From a virus, in the IMG/VR virus record IMGVR_UViG_3300005573_000060, positions 1 to 64,000 of that record: a stretch of DNA of 64,000 bases; one strand, given 5' to 3'. Under the pieces are notes generated by a model, which saw nothing but the letters and a program-made list of their open reading frames with translations, was not told the DNA's origin and searched no databases. Every line of letters begins with the position of its first letter. Positions within the stretch are counted from its first letter, which is position 1. This document shows, one piece after another, positions 9,585 to 19,349 of the stretch. The translations under genes were made by a program, and so were the position numbers.

Positions 9585-10166
9585 TTAATCTTCCGTGCCA
9601 GTTTCTTTTTCTATTTTTCTTCTTATTCTCTCTTCTTTTTTTGATGCATCATCATGAGCTTTATTATAGGGAATGTGTCGATTTTTCATTTCTTTTCTTT
9701 CTATAAGTTCGTGAATAATAGTTGTGTATTTATCTTCATTATCCATATCTTCATCTATCCAAACTTCATCTTCGGGGATATAATTTGGATAAATATAAGC
9801 ATGTCCTCCCATCGTAAAATCTACATCAAATCCGGTTCCTTTTTCATTTCTTATGTGTGTACCATCTACAGAATAAATTTTAACTCCATCTTTAGTAGTT
9901 ACAATTAATTTTTTTGAGAAATCTTGTGATTGTTTAAAAGTTATTTTCTTTCCTCTACTATTATTATTTTTTATTTTTGTTGGAAGTGGGTTTTTATTAA
10001 AAAGTTTATCGTCATCTTTATATTGTATATGTTCAATTCCACCGGCATCCCATTTTTTAAAATCTTTAAAACTAAATTTACCTAATTTAGCATGAGATGT
10101 CTCGTTTAATTGATAATATGAATATTCTCTTTCAAGTAAAATTTCTTTAACAAATTTCGCCTTCAT
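9585..10166 (-). CDS. Hypothetical protein with HExxE..H metal-binding motif; possible internal head protein
   Basis: IIHELIER..YNKAHDDA motif. N-terminal LLE/LNE sites resemble prohead-protease cleavage sites. Confidence 0.45.
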   Translation of the reverse strand: MKAKFVKEILLEREYSYYQLNETSHAKLGKFSFKDFKKWDAGGIEHIQYKDDDKLFNKNPLPTKIKNNNSRGKKITFKQSQDFSKKLIVTTKDGVKIYSVDGTHIRNEKGTGFDVDFTMGGHAYIYPNYIPEDEVWIDEDMDNEDKYTTIIHELIERKEMKNRHIPYNKAHDDASKKEERIRRKIEKETGTED

Positions 10167-10176
10167 ATAAATTTAT

Positions 10177-10911
10177 TTAATTAATCATCATAAACCAATC
10201 TGCCGGAGAATCGCTCTTAATCTTTTCTTTTAATTCTTTTAATTCTTCTTCACCCTGTGCTCTAATATCTGTATAATTAATTTGTACTCCTCCAACAAGA
10301 GAATAATTAAATGTACCCAATATTCTAGATAACTGAATTTTTCCTTTTGCTACAACCCATTTTAGAAATATAGGATCTTCATATAAATTTTCTTCAGGAA
10401 TTTTATTTAGAGTAGATACCCATAAAGATTCTGTCGGGTCTCTTCCTGTAATAATTAATCTTTTTGTGTTTATGTTAAAATGATGTTGTATATCTCTTAA
10501 ATTAAATTGTTTAGCTAAATCCCAGAAACTCCATTGTACTGTTCTATATGTTATTTGATCAGATGAAAGAGGTGTTAAATATAGATCTGCTGCAATCAAT
10601 CTATCAAATGATAAATCTGGATCATGAATACCAAAAACTCTTTGTCCGCCTGTCAATTCATATATATACTTGATAGCCATAACACAATCCGGCATCTGAA
10701 ATGTTCTAGTGTGTTTCCACTCAGGTGTAGTATAATACTTTTTATCTAAAAGATACCATCCGTCTTGTACAGCATCACGATATTCTCGATACATCCATTC
10801 TTGCTCAATCTTTACGATACGTTCCAATTCATTTGGAGGTAAAGAAAATGGAATAGATGCAGATGCAGTAATCTCATCATTAACCAAAGATATAAATTCT
10901 TGTAAAGTCAT
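10177..10911 (-). CDS. gp13: Neck protein (T4 gp13-like)
   Basis: C-terminal IQLSRILGTFNYSLVGGVQINYTDIRAQGEEELKELKEKI matches the gp13 LPGGVT..EELEKL pattern. Confidence 0.75.
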   Translation of the reverse strand: MTLQEFISLVNDEITASASIPFSLPPNELERIVKIEQEWMYREYRDAVQDGWYLLDKKYYTTPEWKHTRTFQMPDCVMAIKYIYELTGGQRVFGIHDPDLSFDRLIAADLYLTPLSSDQITYRTVQWSFWDLAKQFNLRDIQHHFNINTKRLIITGRDPTESLWVSTLNKIPEENLYEDPIFLKWVVAKGKIQLSRILGTFNYSLVGGVQINYTDIRAQGEEELKELKEKIKSDSPADWFMMIN

Positions 10912-10916
10912 TTTTT

Positions 10917-12347
10917 TTACTTATTTTTAAACATATTTTTATTGTATAAATTAACAAATCCTTTATCTTCCGATGTTCTCATTGATTTTATCCATCTATA
11001 ATCTCTAATTTCATTTACATTAATTCCTGACATTTTATTGGGGGGCAATGTTTCTTCTTTTCTAAAAATTATTGTACTTTTTTCATCAATTTTTGCTCTT
11101 TTTCCTATAGTTGCGAATTTTATTAAGCTTTCATTAATATCACAATTAATAAGTTCTTCATTATTCTCTATTACACATTTATTAACAATATTATTTGAAG
11201 GCAAAGATACATTAATGAGATGAGATTCTGATATTTTATTTCCCATATGAACATCTGTGTTACATAATATAGATTTATTGATATTGCAATTTATTAATCT
11301 GCAGCTTTCTATTATTCCATTTAATTCGCATGAAACAAAATCTACATCATTAATATAAACATTTTTTATATTTGCATTTTTTAATTGGCATTTTCTAGTT
11401 TCAGTATCATAATTAAATAAGCCGGATTTAAGTCCTCCATTTACTATTAATTTAAATAAAACATCTCTTATTTTATCCCAATATGTTTTAATTAATTGAA
11501 TAGATTGTTTAAGATCTATAAATACTTTTATATCTTTGAACTCTTTTAAGAATATCATTGGATCATAATAAGCCATTTGAAAATTTTCAAATCCTTCTAT
11601 TATTTTTTTCAGCTCATAATTATCTCTTTTACTGTATTGTTCATCATTTAAACTTTGATATGTTTTCATGATAAAATATTCTAGTAATTCTTGTATTTCC
11701 TTTATTTTATCGCAATAATTTAAACCTCCAATATAATTATATTCTAATATTCCTTGTGTATAATTTTTAAAATTAATTCCATAATATTTTGCGTACTTAG
11801 TATCAATAAAATATTTAAGATTTCTTTCACTTAATGATTCATTTATAAAATTTGTTACAGGAAAAAATGATTTAAATGATAATGCATAAGGAGAATTTTT
11901 TTGATCTGGAAATCTAGTATAAATTTCATTCTCATCAATTTTAACAATTAAATCTATAGGGTTCATTTGAGATATAGTAGTTAGTGTTTGAAGATGAGAG
12001 TGATCAAATGATAAAGATATACTTAATCTTGTATCTAATGTTGTCTCACAATTTTTAGATATCCATTTACAAGATTCATTTATTATAGGAGGAATTGAGT
12101 GATAATTTTGCGGTGCTATTATGAATTTATATCTCGCTTTTTTATAATCATATTCTTTTAATAATAATGCTGTTGAGTAAGAAGCTCTATAAGTATTATC
12201 ATATATGACAATAATATTTTTACTAACTGCTTTACTCAATTCTTCAACTATAAATGATGTATCTTTCGTTGAATAAAATTCAAATATTAATCCTACGTCA
12301 GTGAAATTGAGAACTTCAAGTATAGAATATTTTTTAGCTCTTATCAT
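10917..12347 (-). CDS. Amidoligase-like protein (apparently degenerate) with C-terminal beta-helix
   Basis: VGLIFEFYS..WISKNCETTLDTRLSISLSFD follows the layout of the phage putative amidoligase. Cys/Asn/Ile pentapeptide-like repeats occur near the C-terminus. Confidence 0.4.
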   Translation of the reverse strand: MIRAKKYSILEVLNFTDVGLIFEFYSTKDTSFIVEELSKAVSKNIIVIYDNTYRASYSTALLLKEYDYKKARYKFIIAPQNYHSIPPIINESCKWISKNCETTLDTRLSISLSFDHSHLQTLTTISQMNPIDLIVKIDENEIYTRFPDQKNSPYALSFKSFFPVTNFINESLSERNLKYFIDTKYAKYYGINFKNYTQGILEYNYIGGLNYCDKIKEIQELLEYFIMKTYQSLNDEQYSKRDNYELKKIIEGFENFQMAYYDPMIFLKEFKDIKVFIDLKQSIQLIKTYWDKIRDVLFKLIVNGGLKSGLFNYDTETRKCQLKNANIKNVYINDVDFVSCELNGIIESCRLINCNINKSILCNTDVHMGNKISESHLINVSLPSNNIVNKCVIENNEELINCDINESLIKFATIGKRAKIDEKSTIIFRKEETLPPNKMSGINVNEIRDYRWIKSMRTSEDKGFVNLYNKNMFKNK

Positions 12348-12373
12348 TAAAGTTATTTTTATTTTATATATTC

Positions 12374-12406
12374 AAAAAAAAGAGGAACTTATAAGTTCCT
12401 CTTTTT
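12374..12406. terminator. Bidirectional-type intrinsic terminator overlapping the S1 stop codon
   Basis: A8-GAGGAAC-TTATAA-GTTCCTC-T5. Confidence 0.8.
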
Positions 12407-13642
12407 ATCTTTATTGTTTATCGTTTCTACGGGAGGTAGTTTAAAAAATAATTTATTATCTTTAAATTCATCAAATATAACATTTAACGTATCATTTATT
12501 GAAAAATTATTGATCATTATCTTATTTTTCTTAAATTCTTTTGATGGTACTAAACCACTAAATTCTTCTACATTAACAATTATGCCAAAATTCATAACTG
12601 CCGCAACTTTTGATTCTAATATTTTATCTTTATTTTCAAGAATAAATATTTCTAATTTTTTCAATTTTTGCTCTGGATTTTCTTTTGTAAGAATTATTCT
12701 ATTATCTTTAGCTATTTCAGATATATAAAATTCTATTTTATCACCGGGTTTAAAATTATTCTTTTCAAATTCTATTTTAGTTTGTTCATCCATTTTAGAC
12801 ACATGCAACAATCCTGTAAACATGTTGTCAAATTCTATAAATACACCGAACTTAGAAGTCCCTGTAACATATCCAACATATTTTTTATATAAATCTAATT
12901 CTTGAATTTTAATAGGAAGAATATGTGATAGATATTTTTTATAAGAAACTATAAAAGAATTCATATCTTTTAGATAATCTTCAATCATAACTATAATTTC
13001 CTTTCCTACATATGATTGAAAATCTATAATCTTATTTGGAGCTGCTAAAGAACCTGGCATAAATGCTTCAAGACCCTGAACTTCTACGAAGAATCCTCCT
13101 TTATTAGCTTTAACAATTTTCGCTTTATATGCTTTATCTTGATTAGTTATCTGTTGCATAAATTCATTTCTAACAGCATTAAGATGTCCTTGCCACAAAG
13201 ATATTTTTATAGATGGAACAGATTCTAAAATATATGCATATAAACCAAGTCCAATTAGTTCTTTTACATTTTCTCTATCTTTTAATGCATCTGTAAATTG
13301 TTTAGGAGTATTATATCCATAAACTTGAATAAGTTTCTTTTCTCGTGTTAAATCAATAGTAACAGTCAAACCACCAGCTATTTCAATATCTATAAAATTT
13401 TCTCTTACATTAAATATATTTGTTACTGGCACAATATCGCCAATATTTAGATCTTTCCTTATTACTCCAAGATTTTTACCTGTATACTTTTCATAAAGAT
13501 CTTGTGCATAAGGTTCTCTAGAGAAAACTTTAACATCTTTTGTTAAACCGTTAATTAAATAATTGGGAATTAATTTGGAATCACCTGTGTATCCGTCAGC
13601 ATAAACATCCCAGTTGAAAAATTCAATACCTACTTCTTCCAT
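12389..13642 (-). CDS. rpsA: Ribosomal protein bS1-like multi-OB protein
   Basis: S1 repeats KAKIVKANKGGFFVEVQGLEAFMPGS, GYVTGTSKFGVFIEF..GLLHVS and SKVAAVMNFGIIV. The N-terminal FNWDVY resembles Bacteroidota S1. Confidence 0.8.
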   Translation of the reverse strand: MEEVGIEFFNWDVYADGYTGDSKLIPNYLINGLTKDVKVFSREPYAQDLYEKYTGKNLGVIRKDLNIGDIVPVTNIFNVRENFIDIEIAGGLTVTIDLTREKKLIQVYGYNTPKQFTDALKDRENVKELIGLGLYAYILESVPSIKISLWQGHLNAVRNEFMQQITNQDKAYKAKIVKANKGGFFVEVQGLEAFMPGSLAAPNKIIDFQSYVGKEIIVMIEDYLKDMNSFIVSYKKYLSHILPIKIQELDLYKKYVGYVTGTSKFGVFIEFDNMFTGLLHVSKMDEQTKIEFEKNNFKPGDKIEFYISEIAKDNRIILTKENPEQKLKKLEIFILENKDKILESKVAAVMNFGIIVNVEEFSGLVPSKEFKKNKIMINNFSINDTLNVIFDEFKDNKLFFKLPPVETINNKDKKRNL

Positions 13643-13751
13643 TTTATTTTAGTTTTAAAGATGAATAATTAATAGATTTTATATGTTATATATTTTATGA
13701 AAAAAATGATTATTTTTTATTTAATGCAACGCTATTATATGTTTATCTGAA

Positions 13752-13770
13752 GATATATAAATATAAATAA
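13752..13770 (+). promoter_or_regulatory. Late promoter, two overlapping TATAAATA
   Basis: GATATATAAATATAAATAA upstream of the tail gene block. Confidence 0.55.
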
Positions 13771-13783
13771 AAAAATATTTACT

Positions 13784-14386
13784 ATGAATATTAAAAAATT
13801 ATACTTAAACACTTTAATACCAGAGCTTCCTTATATTATTAATTTTAATAATGATGAGATAAAAAATTATCTGGATACTTTTTACAATGAATCTGATGGA
13901 AATATAACCGCTCCGGTTAATACAACTGGAAGAATAAAAGCTTCAAATGGAGAATTTGTATCGGTTGTTGCAGACAATTTAATAGTTAAAAATCAATATA
14001 CCAACTTATATGAAAACATAACAACCGCAGATTATGATTATTATAAAATGATTATTGGTTCTGCATTTGTTCCAAGAGATCCGTGTACTGATAGTAACTA
14101 TTGGCCAATTGAAAATTTTCCAAATTATAAAGTTATTGATGTAAATAAGCCTTACTACAAAATAACAAATGCTAATAGTATTATACTAAAAAATGATAAT
14201 GTTTCTCAGGTTGTTGGTATTTATTTTGATGGTTCGCTAGTAACTTCTGATCCATTTACTATTCTATTAAACGCGAAAACAATGGAAACATACAATGTTA
14301 ATACAAGTGATGCAAGTTCATATAGAGAATTTATATGCATAAATTATGATCCATCATATGGTGCTGTTTGGACTACTTATAAATAA
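13784..14386 (+). CDS. Hypothetical tail-associated protein
   Basis: 200-aa ORF that starts the + strand structural block. Confidence 0.6.
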   Translation: MNIKKLYLNTLIPELPYIINFNNDEIKNYLDTFYNESDGNITAPVNTTGRIKASNGEFVSVVADNLIVKNQYTNLYENITTADYDYYKMIIGSAFVPRDPCTDSNYWPIENFPNYKVIDVNKPYYKITNANSIILKNDNVSQVVGIYFDGSLVTSDPFTILLNAKTMETYNVNTSDASSYREFICINYDPSYGAVWTTYK

Positions 14387-14407
14387 GTTTTATTTTTTTA
14401 AGAAAAT

Positions 14408-16462
14408 ATGAGTAAATATATCTTATCTTTAAATGGCACGCCATTATCAATTAATAAAATTCCTATTTCTTATGATTACAATAATCAAATAGATGATTAT
14501 ATATTAAGTTTTTACACTGAAGCGAGTACAAATGCGTTTAGTCCTTCTTTTACAGTTACATCTGGAGTTTTACACTGGGATTTAGGAGATGGCAGTATTT
14601 TAGATGCAAATTTATTTAGTCATACATATAATTATGCGGGGCTTAAGCGCGTAAAAGTTTATGCTGGAACTACAGGAGGAACGTCTAGTATCAATGGGAT
14701 TAATATGCAAAGCAGTTATTTATATGGTACACTAGATATATCTAATATAACAGATATATCTTCACTTAGTGTAAATAATAATCTAAATCTTACACAAATA
14801 CTTAATCCGGTTTCTTCACGACAATTTACATATTATTCAGTATATAGTTGTAATTTAACTGGAACTTTAGATGTATCTGGCTTAACAAGATTAGGAGGAT
14901 ATTTTCATGTAAATAATAACCCAAATCTTACACAAATACTTAATCCAGTCTCCTCACAACAATTTTCACAGTATAGGGCATATTATTGTAATTTAACTGG
15001 AACTTTAGATGTATCTGGTTTAACAGGATTGGGAGGACAATTTTATGTATATAATAATCGAAATCTTACACAAATACTTAATCCGGTTTCTTCACAACAA
15101 TTTACATATTATTCAGCATATAGTTGTAATTTAACAGGAACTTTAGATGTATCTGGTTTAACAGGATTGGGTGGATATTTTTATGTAAATAATAACCTAA
15201 ATCTTACACAAATACTTAATCCAGTTTCTTCAGAACAATTTTCATATTATTCAGCACATGATTGTAATTTAACTGGAACATTAGATGTATCTGGTTTAAC
15301 AAGATTAGGAGGAGGATTTAATGTATCTAATAATCCAAATCTTATACATATAATTAATCCAGTTTCTTCAGAACAATTTTCAGAGTATTCAGCATCTTTT
15401 TGTAATTTAACTGGAACTTTAGATATATCTGGTTTAACAAGATTAGGTGGAGTATTTAATATATATAATAATTCGAATCTTACACATATAATTAATCCAG
15501 TTTCTTCAGAATACTTTTCATCTTATTCAGCATCTTATTGTAATTTAACTGGAACTTTAGATATATCTGGTTTAACAAGATTGGGCGGAACATTTTATGC
15601 AAATAATAATCCAAATCTTACACAAATACTTAATCCAGTTTCTTCACAAAGATTTTCATATTATAGCGCACATGATTGTAGTTTAACAGGAACTTTAGAT
15701 GTATCTGGTTTAACAGGACTGGGCGGAGCATTTAATGTATATAATAATCCAAATCTTACACAAATACTTAACCCGGTTTCTTCACAACTATTTTCACAAT
15801 ATACGGCACATTATTGTAATTTAACTGGAACTTTAGATGTATCTGGCTTAACAAGATTGGGGGGATATTTTTATGTAAATAATAACCCAAATCTTACGCG
15901 AATAATTAATCCTGTTTCTTCGGAACAATTTTCAGCTTATTTAGCATATAATTGTAATTTAACAGGAACTTTAGATGTATCTGGTTTAACAGGACTGGGC
16001 GGAACATTTTATGTATATAATAATCCGAATCTTACACAAATACTTAACCCGGTTTCTTCACAAGCATTTTCATATTATAGAGCACATGATTGTAGTTTAA
16101 CAGGAACTTTAGATGTATCAGGGTTAACAGGTTTAGGAGCAGGAAGTAATATGCAATTTCAAGTTCAAAATAATACAAATCTTACTTCAATATTATTGCC
16201 TCCAGATTTTAGCACAACAGGATCATTTGCTTTATTTAATGCACATAATTGTTCATTAAATACTACTACAGTAGATGATATTTTTTATAAACTTTATAAA
16301 TTCTGGAATGTAAGGTTACCTAATCAAAATGCTATCATTGATTTAGCTGGAGGGAGAAATGCTTCTCCTACATCAGGATGGTCAAATACATATCTTGTAA
16401 AAATACAAAATATATTTGATGCATCTACTACATATGATGTTTCAATATACATTAATGCATAA
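14408..16462 (+). CDS. PKD-like + leucine-rich-repeat putative receptor-binding protein
   Basis: WDLGDG..SHTY PKD motif, ten 46-aa LRR units, and a C-cap (TVDDIFYKL..IDLAGGRNASP). Confidence 0.8.
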   Translation: MSKYILSLNGTPLSINKIPISYDYNNQIDDYILSFYTEASTNAFSPSFTVTSGVLHWDLGDGSILDANLFSHTYNYAGLKRVKVYAGTTGGTSSINGINMQSSYLYGTLDISNITDISSLSVNNNLNLTQILNPVSSRQFTYYSVYSCNLTGTLDVSGLTRLGGYFHVNNNPNLTQILNPVSSQQFSQYRAYYCNLTGTLDVSGLTGLGGQFYVYNNRNLTQILNPVSSQQFTYYSAYSCNLTGTLDVSGLTGLGGYFYVNNNLNLTQILNPVSSEQFSYYSAHDCNLTGTLDVSGLTRLGGGFNVSNNPNLIHIINPVSSEQFSEYSASFCNLTGTLDISGLTRLGGVFNIYNNSNLTHIINPVSSEYFSSYSASYCNLTGTLDISGLTRLGGTFYANNNPNLTQILNPVSSQRFSYYSAHDCSLTGTLDVSGLTGLGGAFNVYNNPNLTQILNPVSSQLFSQYTAHYCNLTGTLDVSGLTRLGGYFYVNNNPNLTRIINPVSSEQFSAYLAYNCNLTGTLDVSGLTGLGGTFYVYNNPNLTQILNPVSSQAFSYYRAHDCSLTGTLDVSGLTGLGAGSNMQFQVQNNTNLTSILLPPDFSTTGSFALFNAHNCSLNTTTVDDIFYKLYKFWNVRLPNQNAIIDLAGGRNASPTSGWSNTYLVKIQNIFDASTTYDVSIYINA
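14774..16165 (+). repeat. Ten 138-bp coding tandem repeats
   Basis: Unit consensus NNNPNLTQILNPVSSQQFSYYSAHDCNLTGTLDVSGLTGLGGYFYV. Starts at 14774 and 14912 are 138 nt apart. Confidence 0.95.
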
Positions 16463-16484
16463 AGGTAAGTTTTTTAATCTTAAA

Positions 16485-16500
16485 GATATATAAAATAAAA
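16485..16500 (+). promoter_or_regulatory. Late-type promoter GATATATAAAATAAAA
   Basis: Same motif as upstream of other structural genes, about 10 nt before the ATG at 16511. Confidence 0.45.
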
Positions 16501-16510
16501 TAAAATAAAT

Positions 16511-18940
16511 ATGGCATCTGTTACACCATTTGTTAAAAGAATGCGTACTCAAGGCGGCACGATGTATACTTTCTCTAGTGCGCTCGAGGATATTGGTCTT
16601 AACATTAATGAAAGAAATAATGTAGTAAAAATATCTCATTATGCGTTATTAAATATTCCAGCTATTGATGCGCCAAATATTTCTTATGTATCTACTTCTA
16701 ATCGATTCAATGTTTTAGCTATTCCCGGAGCATTTAAATCTTGGTTAGATTCTAATAGCATTAAAGACGGAAGAGTTATAGTAGCAGAAAGCTTTCAGAA
16801 TTATGCATTAAATCTTGAAACTTTTTTAACATCAAATCCAAATTATAATCCAGCTTTATCTACAACTGTATCCGAAAGAATCTTTTGGAAATGGCTTAAA
16901 GAAACCGGTGCTATTAGATGGACACCAGTTAGCACTCCAGCCGGTTTATATTGGAAAGAAGAAATGGACACGGATTCTTCGGTTGGATACAATTCTGTTG
17001 TTAAGGCTATAGGAACAATTAGTGCTGGCTCTGTAAGAACAGATACATTTGGAACATATAACGAAACTTATATTCTAGTGCCAACATCGTTTGGCCAAAC
17101 TCCGGTTTGGTTTAAACAAATAGAAGATGATAATTATTATCATGGAATGTCTATTGCATCGGGGCAAACAAACATAATGGGAAGAAATCCTTACACAAAG
17201 CCTCATCCAGACGGATTAGATATTAAAGCGTATTATGATCAAGTTGATACAAGTACAAAATTGATGTGTGCAAATGCAACTTATAATTTATATGTTTCAG
17301 ATGATAACGTAAATTATATTCCTGGGTGGTGGTGGACTTATGATAATTTATATCAAAATGGAGATTCTAATAAATATTACATAAATGATGATTCATATTT
17401 AACCAATAGTGTTTATAATCTTTATCTAAAATACTCTTTATCATCGGGATCTGGCCCTTCTGAAATAAGATTAAAAAGATCAAATGTTGAATGTCTATCT
17501 ATAGAATTTGATATAAACAAAATAAAGGATATATTAGGAGATAGTACTGTATCATTTGATGATTTAGCTCTTCCTTCTCCGGGATATTCAGAAGATGATT
17601 CATATGATTTTAATACTATCTTAATATATTATTCTGTTTATAATAAATCTTTAGATAAAATATTAGCAACTAATTTATTAGGAGTATTATTTTTAGATTC
17701 TGCATATGGAAACACACAGTATTATGGCCCAGGAGGAATGGAAATTGTTATTCCTTCTATAAAAAAATTACAAAGTGGGCCATCAGGCTTTGGCACATCA
17801 TATTCATTCAGACTCAATATTAAATCTGATTATTTATTAGATGATACACAAGCAATTGTAACAGATAGCACAAATTCAAATAATATAGAAGATTTTTCTA
17901 CATTATTTGATAACTTAGGAAAAACTTTATCAATTTTAAATCAACATACAGGAACAATAAATTATATAACAGAACAATATTTAGACATCTCATCTCAACA
18001 AACTAATATTTTAAATCAAATAGATAGTTTACAAAATCAAATAAATAACATTTCTTTAGATACTTCTGTTAATACAATAACATATCTGAAAAATTTATTA
18101 GATGTATCCTTAGGAAGTGATGCATCCTCAGGATATATTCTTGTGTTAGATCCATGTTCAAATGACCCAGATAAATGGTGGGCGATAAAGCCATTTTTCT
18201 CAGAAACAATAGATACTGATCAATTTATTCCTGAAGCATCTTTAAGTACAGATTTTATATGGCAGAGTGGATATTTAAGAGTGGATTCCAGCTTAGCTGG
18301 ATCTGGACCTCAAGGAATTCAGGGAACACAAGGAACATTAGGTATACAAGGAAGACAAGGAACACAGGGATCTGTTGGAGTAGGTTTAACTGGAGCGACT
18401 GGAGCACAAGGTACGGCGGGAACACAAGGATCACAGGGAACACAAGGAACGCAAGGAACTCAAGGATTAATTGGTTCAACTGGAATACAAGGTTTAGCCG
18501 GTAGTCCCGGTAGTACTGGTAGTCAAGGTACACAAGGCACACAAGGTACACAAGGCACACAAGGAGTACAAGGAACATTAGGGGTTCAGGGTTTACAAGG
18601 CACACAAGGATTACAGGGATTACAAGGAGTGCAGGGTTTATCCGCAAATGTTGATGTCTCTATAGCAACTACATCATCATCAATGACTTTAACATCATCA
18701 CTTCTTAACAAAATATTAGAAGCAACCGGAACTGTTACAATATATCTACCAACTAACCTTGAAATAGGTTTTCAGACAACTATAGTAAATATGGGGACGG
18801 GAATTATTACTCTTAGTGCTTCAACTGGTGCAACATTATTAACAAAAGATTCTTCTACTAAAATAAGAGATCAATACACTGGAGCCATGGTATATAAGAG
18901 AAGTTCTACTCAATGGGTTGGATTTGGTAGCTTAAGTTAA
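16511..18940 (+). CDS. Tail fibre protein with coiled coil and collagen-like segment
   Basis: Coiled coil (ILNQIDSLQNQINNI), G-X-Y (GTQ/GLQ) run and a short C-terminal tip domain. Confidence 0.7.
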   Translation: MASVTPFVKRMRTQGGTMYTFSSALEDIGLNINERNNVVKISHYALLNIPAIDAPNISYVSTSNRFNVLAIPGAFKSWLDSNSIKDGRVIVAESFQNYALNLETFLTSNPNYNPALSTTVSERIFWKWLKETGAIRWTPVSTPAGLYWKEEMDTDSSVGYNSVVKAIGTISAGSVRTDTFGTYNETYILVPTSFGQTPVWFKQIEDDNYYHGMSIASGQTNIMGRNPYTKPHPDGLDIKAYYDQVDTSTKLMCANATYNLYVSDDNVNYIPGWWWTYDNLYQNGDSNKYYINDDSYLTNSVYNLYLKYSLSSGSGPSEIRLKRSNVECLSIEFDINKIKDILGDSTVSFDDLALPSPGYSEDDSYDFNTILIYYSVYNKSLDKILATNLLGVLFLDSAYGNTQYYGPGGMEIVIPSIKKLQSGPSGFGTSYSFRLNIKSDYLLDDTQAIVTDSTNSNNIEDFSTLFDNLGKTLSILNQHTGTINYITEQYLDISSQQTNILNQIDSLQNQINNISLDTSVNTITYLKNLLDVSLGSDASSGYILVLDPCSNDPDKWWAIKPFFSETIDTDQFIPEASLSTDFIWQSGYLRVDSSLAGSGPQGIQGTQGTLGIQGRQGTQGSVGVGLTGATGAQGTAGTQGSQGTQGTQGTQGLIGSTGIQGLAGSPGSTGSQGTQGTQGTQGTQGVQGTLGVQGLQGTQGLQGLQGVQGLSANVDVSIATTSSSMTLTSSLLNKILEATGTVTIYLPTNLEIGFQTTIVNMGTGIITLSASTGATLLTKDSSTKIRDQYTGAMVYKRSSTQWVGFGSLS
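18305..18640 (+). repeat. Collagen-like Gly-X-Y repeat
   Basis: GPQGIQGTQGTLGIQGRQGTQG...GLQGVQGL. Confidence 0.9.
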
Positions 18941-18958
18941 AATATTTTTATTTAAAAT

Positions 18959-19312
18959 ATGAGCATGTTTTCTTTATATGGAATTATACAACAAGCTCCC
19001 CATAAGAGTAATGATAGTGTTTCTTTAAGCGCAACTTCATTATACTTTAATAATGATGGGACACCTAAAACTACAGATCAAATTACTGTTACATCATCTT
19101 CTTCATGGTCTCTTACATTTATAGATACTGGATATGGTACCAGTTGGATATATGGAAATCCTACATCTGAAGCCAGTGGACATAGCACAACTTTATATGT
19201 ATTTAGTAATCCAAACGCTACTATTAGAACATGTAAAGCTAGATTTACTGTTGGTACGGCAACCGCAGATTGTTTTATATCACAAGATGCTGGCGGAGGT
19301 GGAGGCCAATAA
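18959..19312 (+). CDS. Stand-alone BACON-domain protein
   Basis: LSATSLYF..ITVTSSSSWSL..SWI..NPNATIRTCKARFTV..ISQ matches the BACON pattern. Confidence 0.7.
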   Translation: MSMFSLYGIIQQAPHKSNDSVSLSATSLYFNNDGTPKTTDQITVTSSSSWSLTFIDTGYGTSWIYGNPTSEASGHSTTLYVFSNPNATIRTCKARFTVGTATADCFISQDAGGGGGQ

Positions 19313-19349
19313 AATATAAAAAATATAATAAAAATAAAATTATAAATAT

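Noticed and set aside
14774-16165. Diversity-generating retroelement acting on the LRR repeats
   Set aside because: No reverse transcriptase or template repeat is in the window. Variable codons include changes at non-adenine positions (cag/gag/gct, gga/aca/gca), which does not fit A-specific mutagenesis.
14774-16165. CRISPR array
   Set aside because: The repeats are contiguous, in-frame coding units with no unique spacers. The same applies to the 42-bp repeat at 37081.
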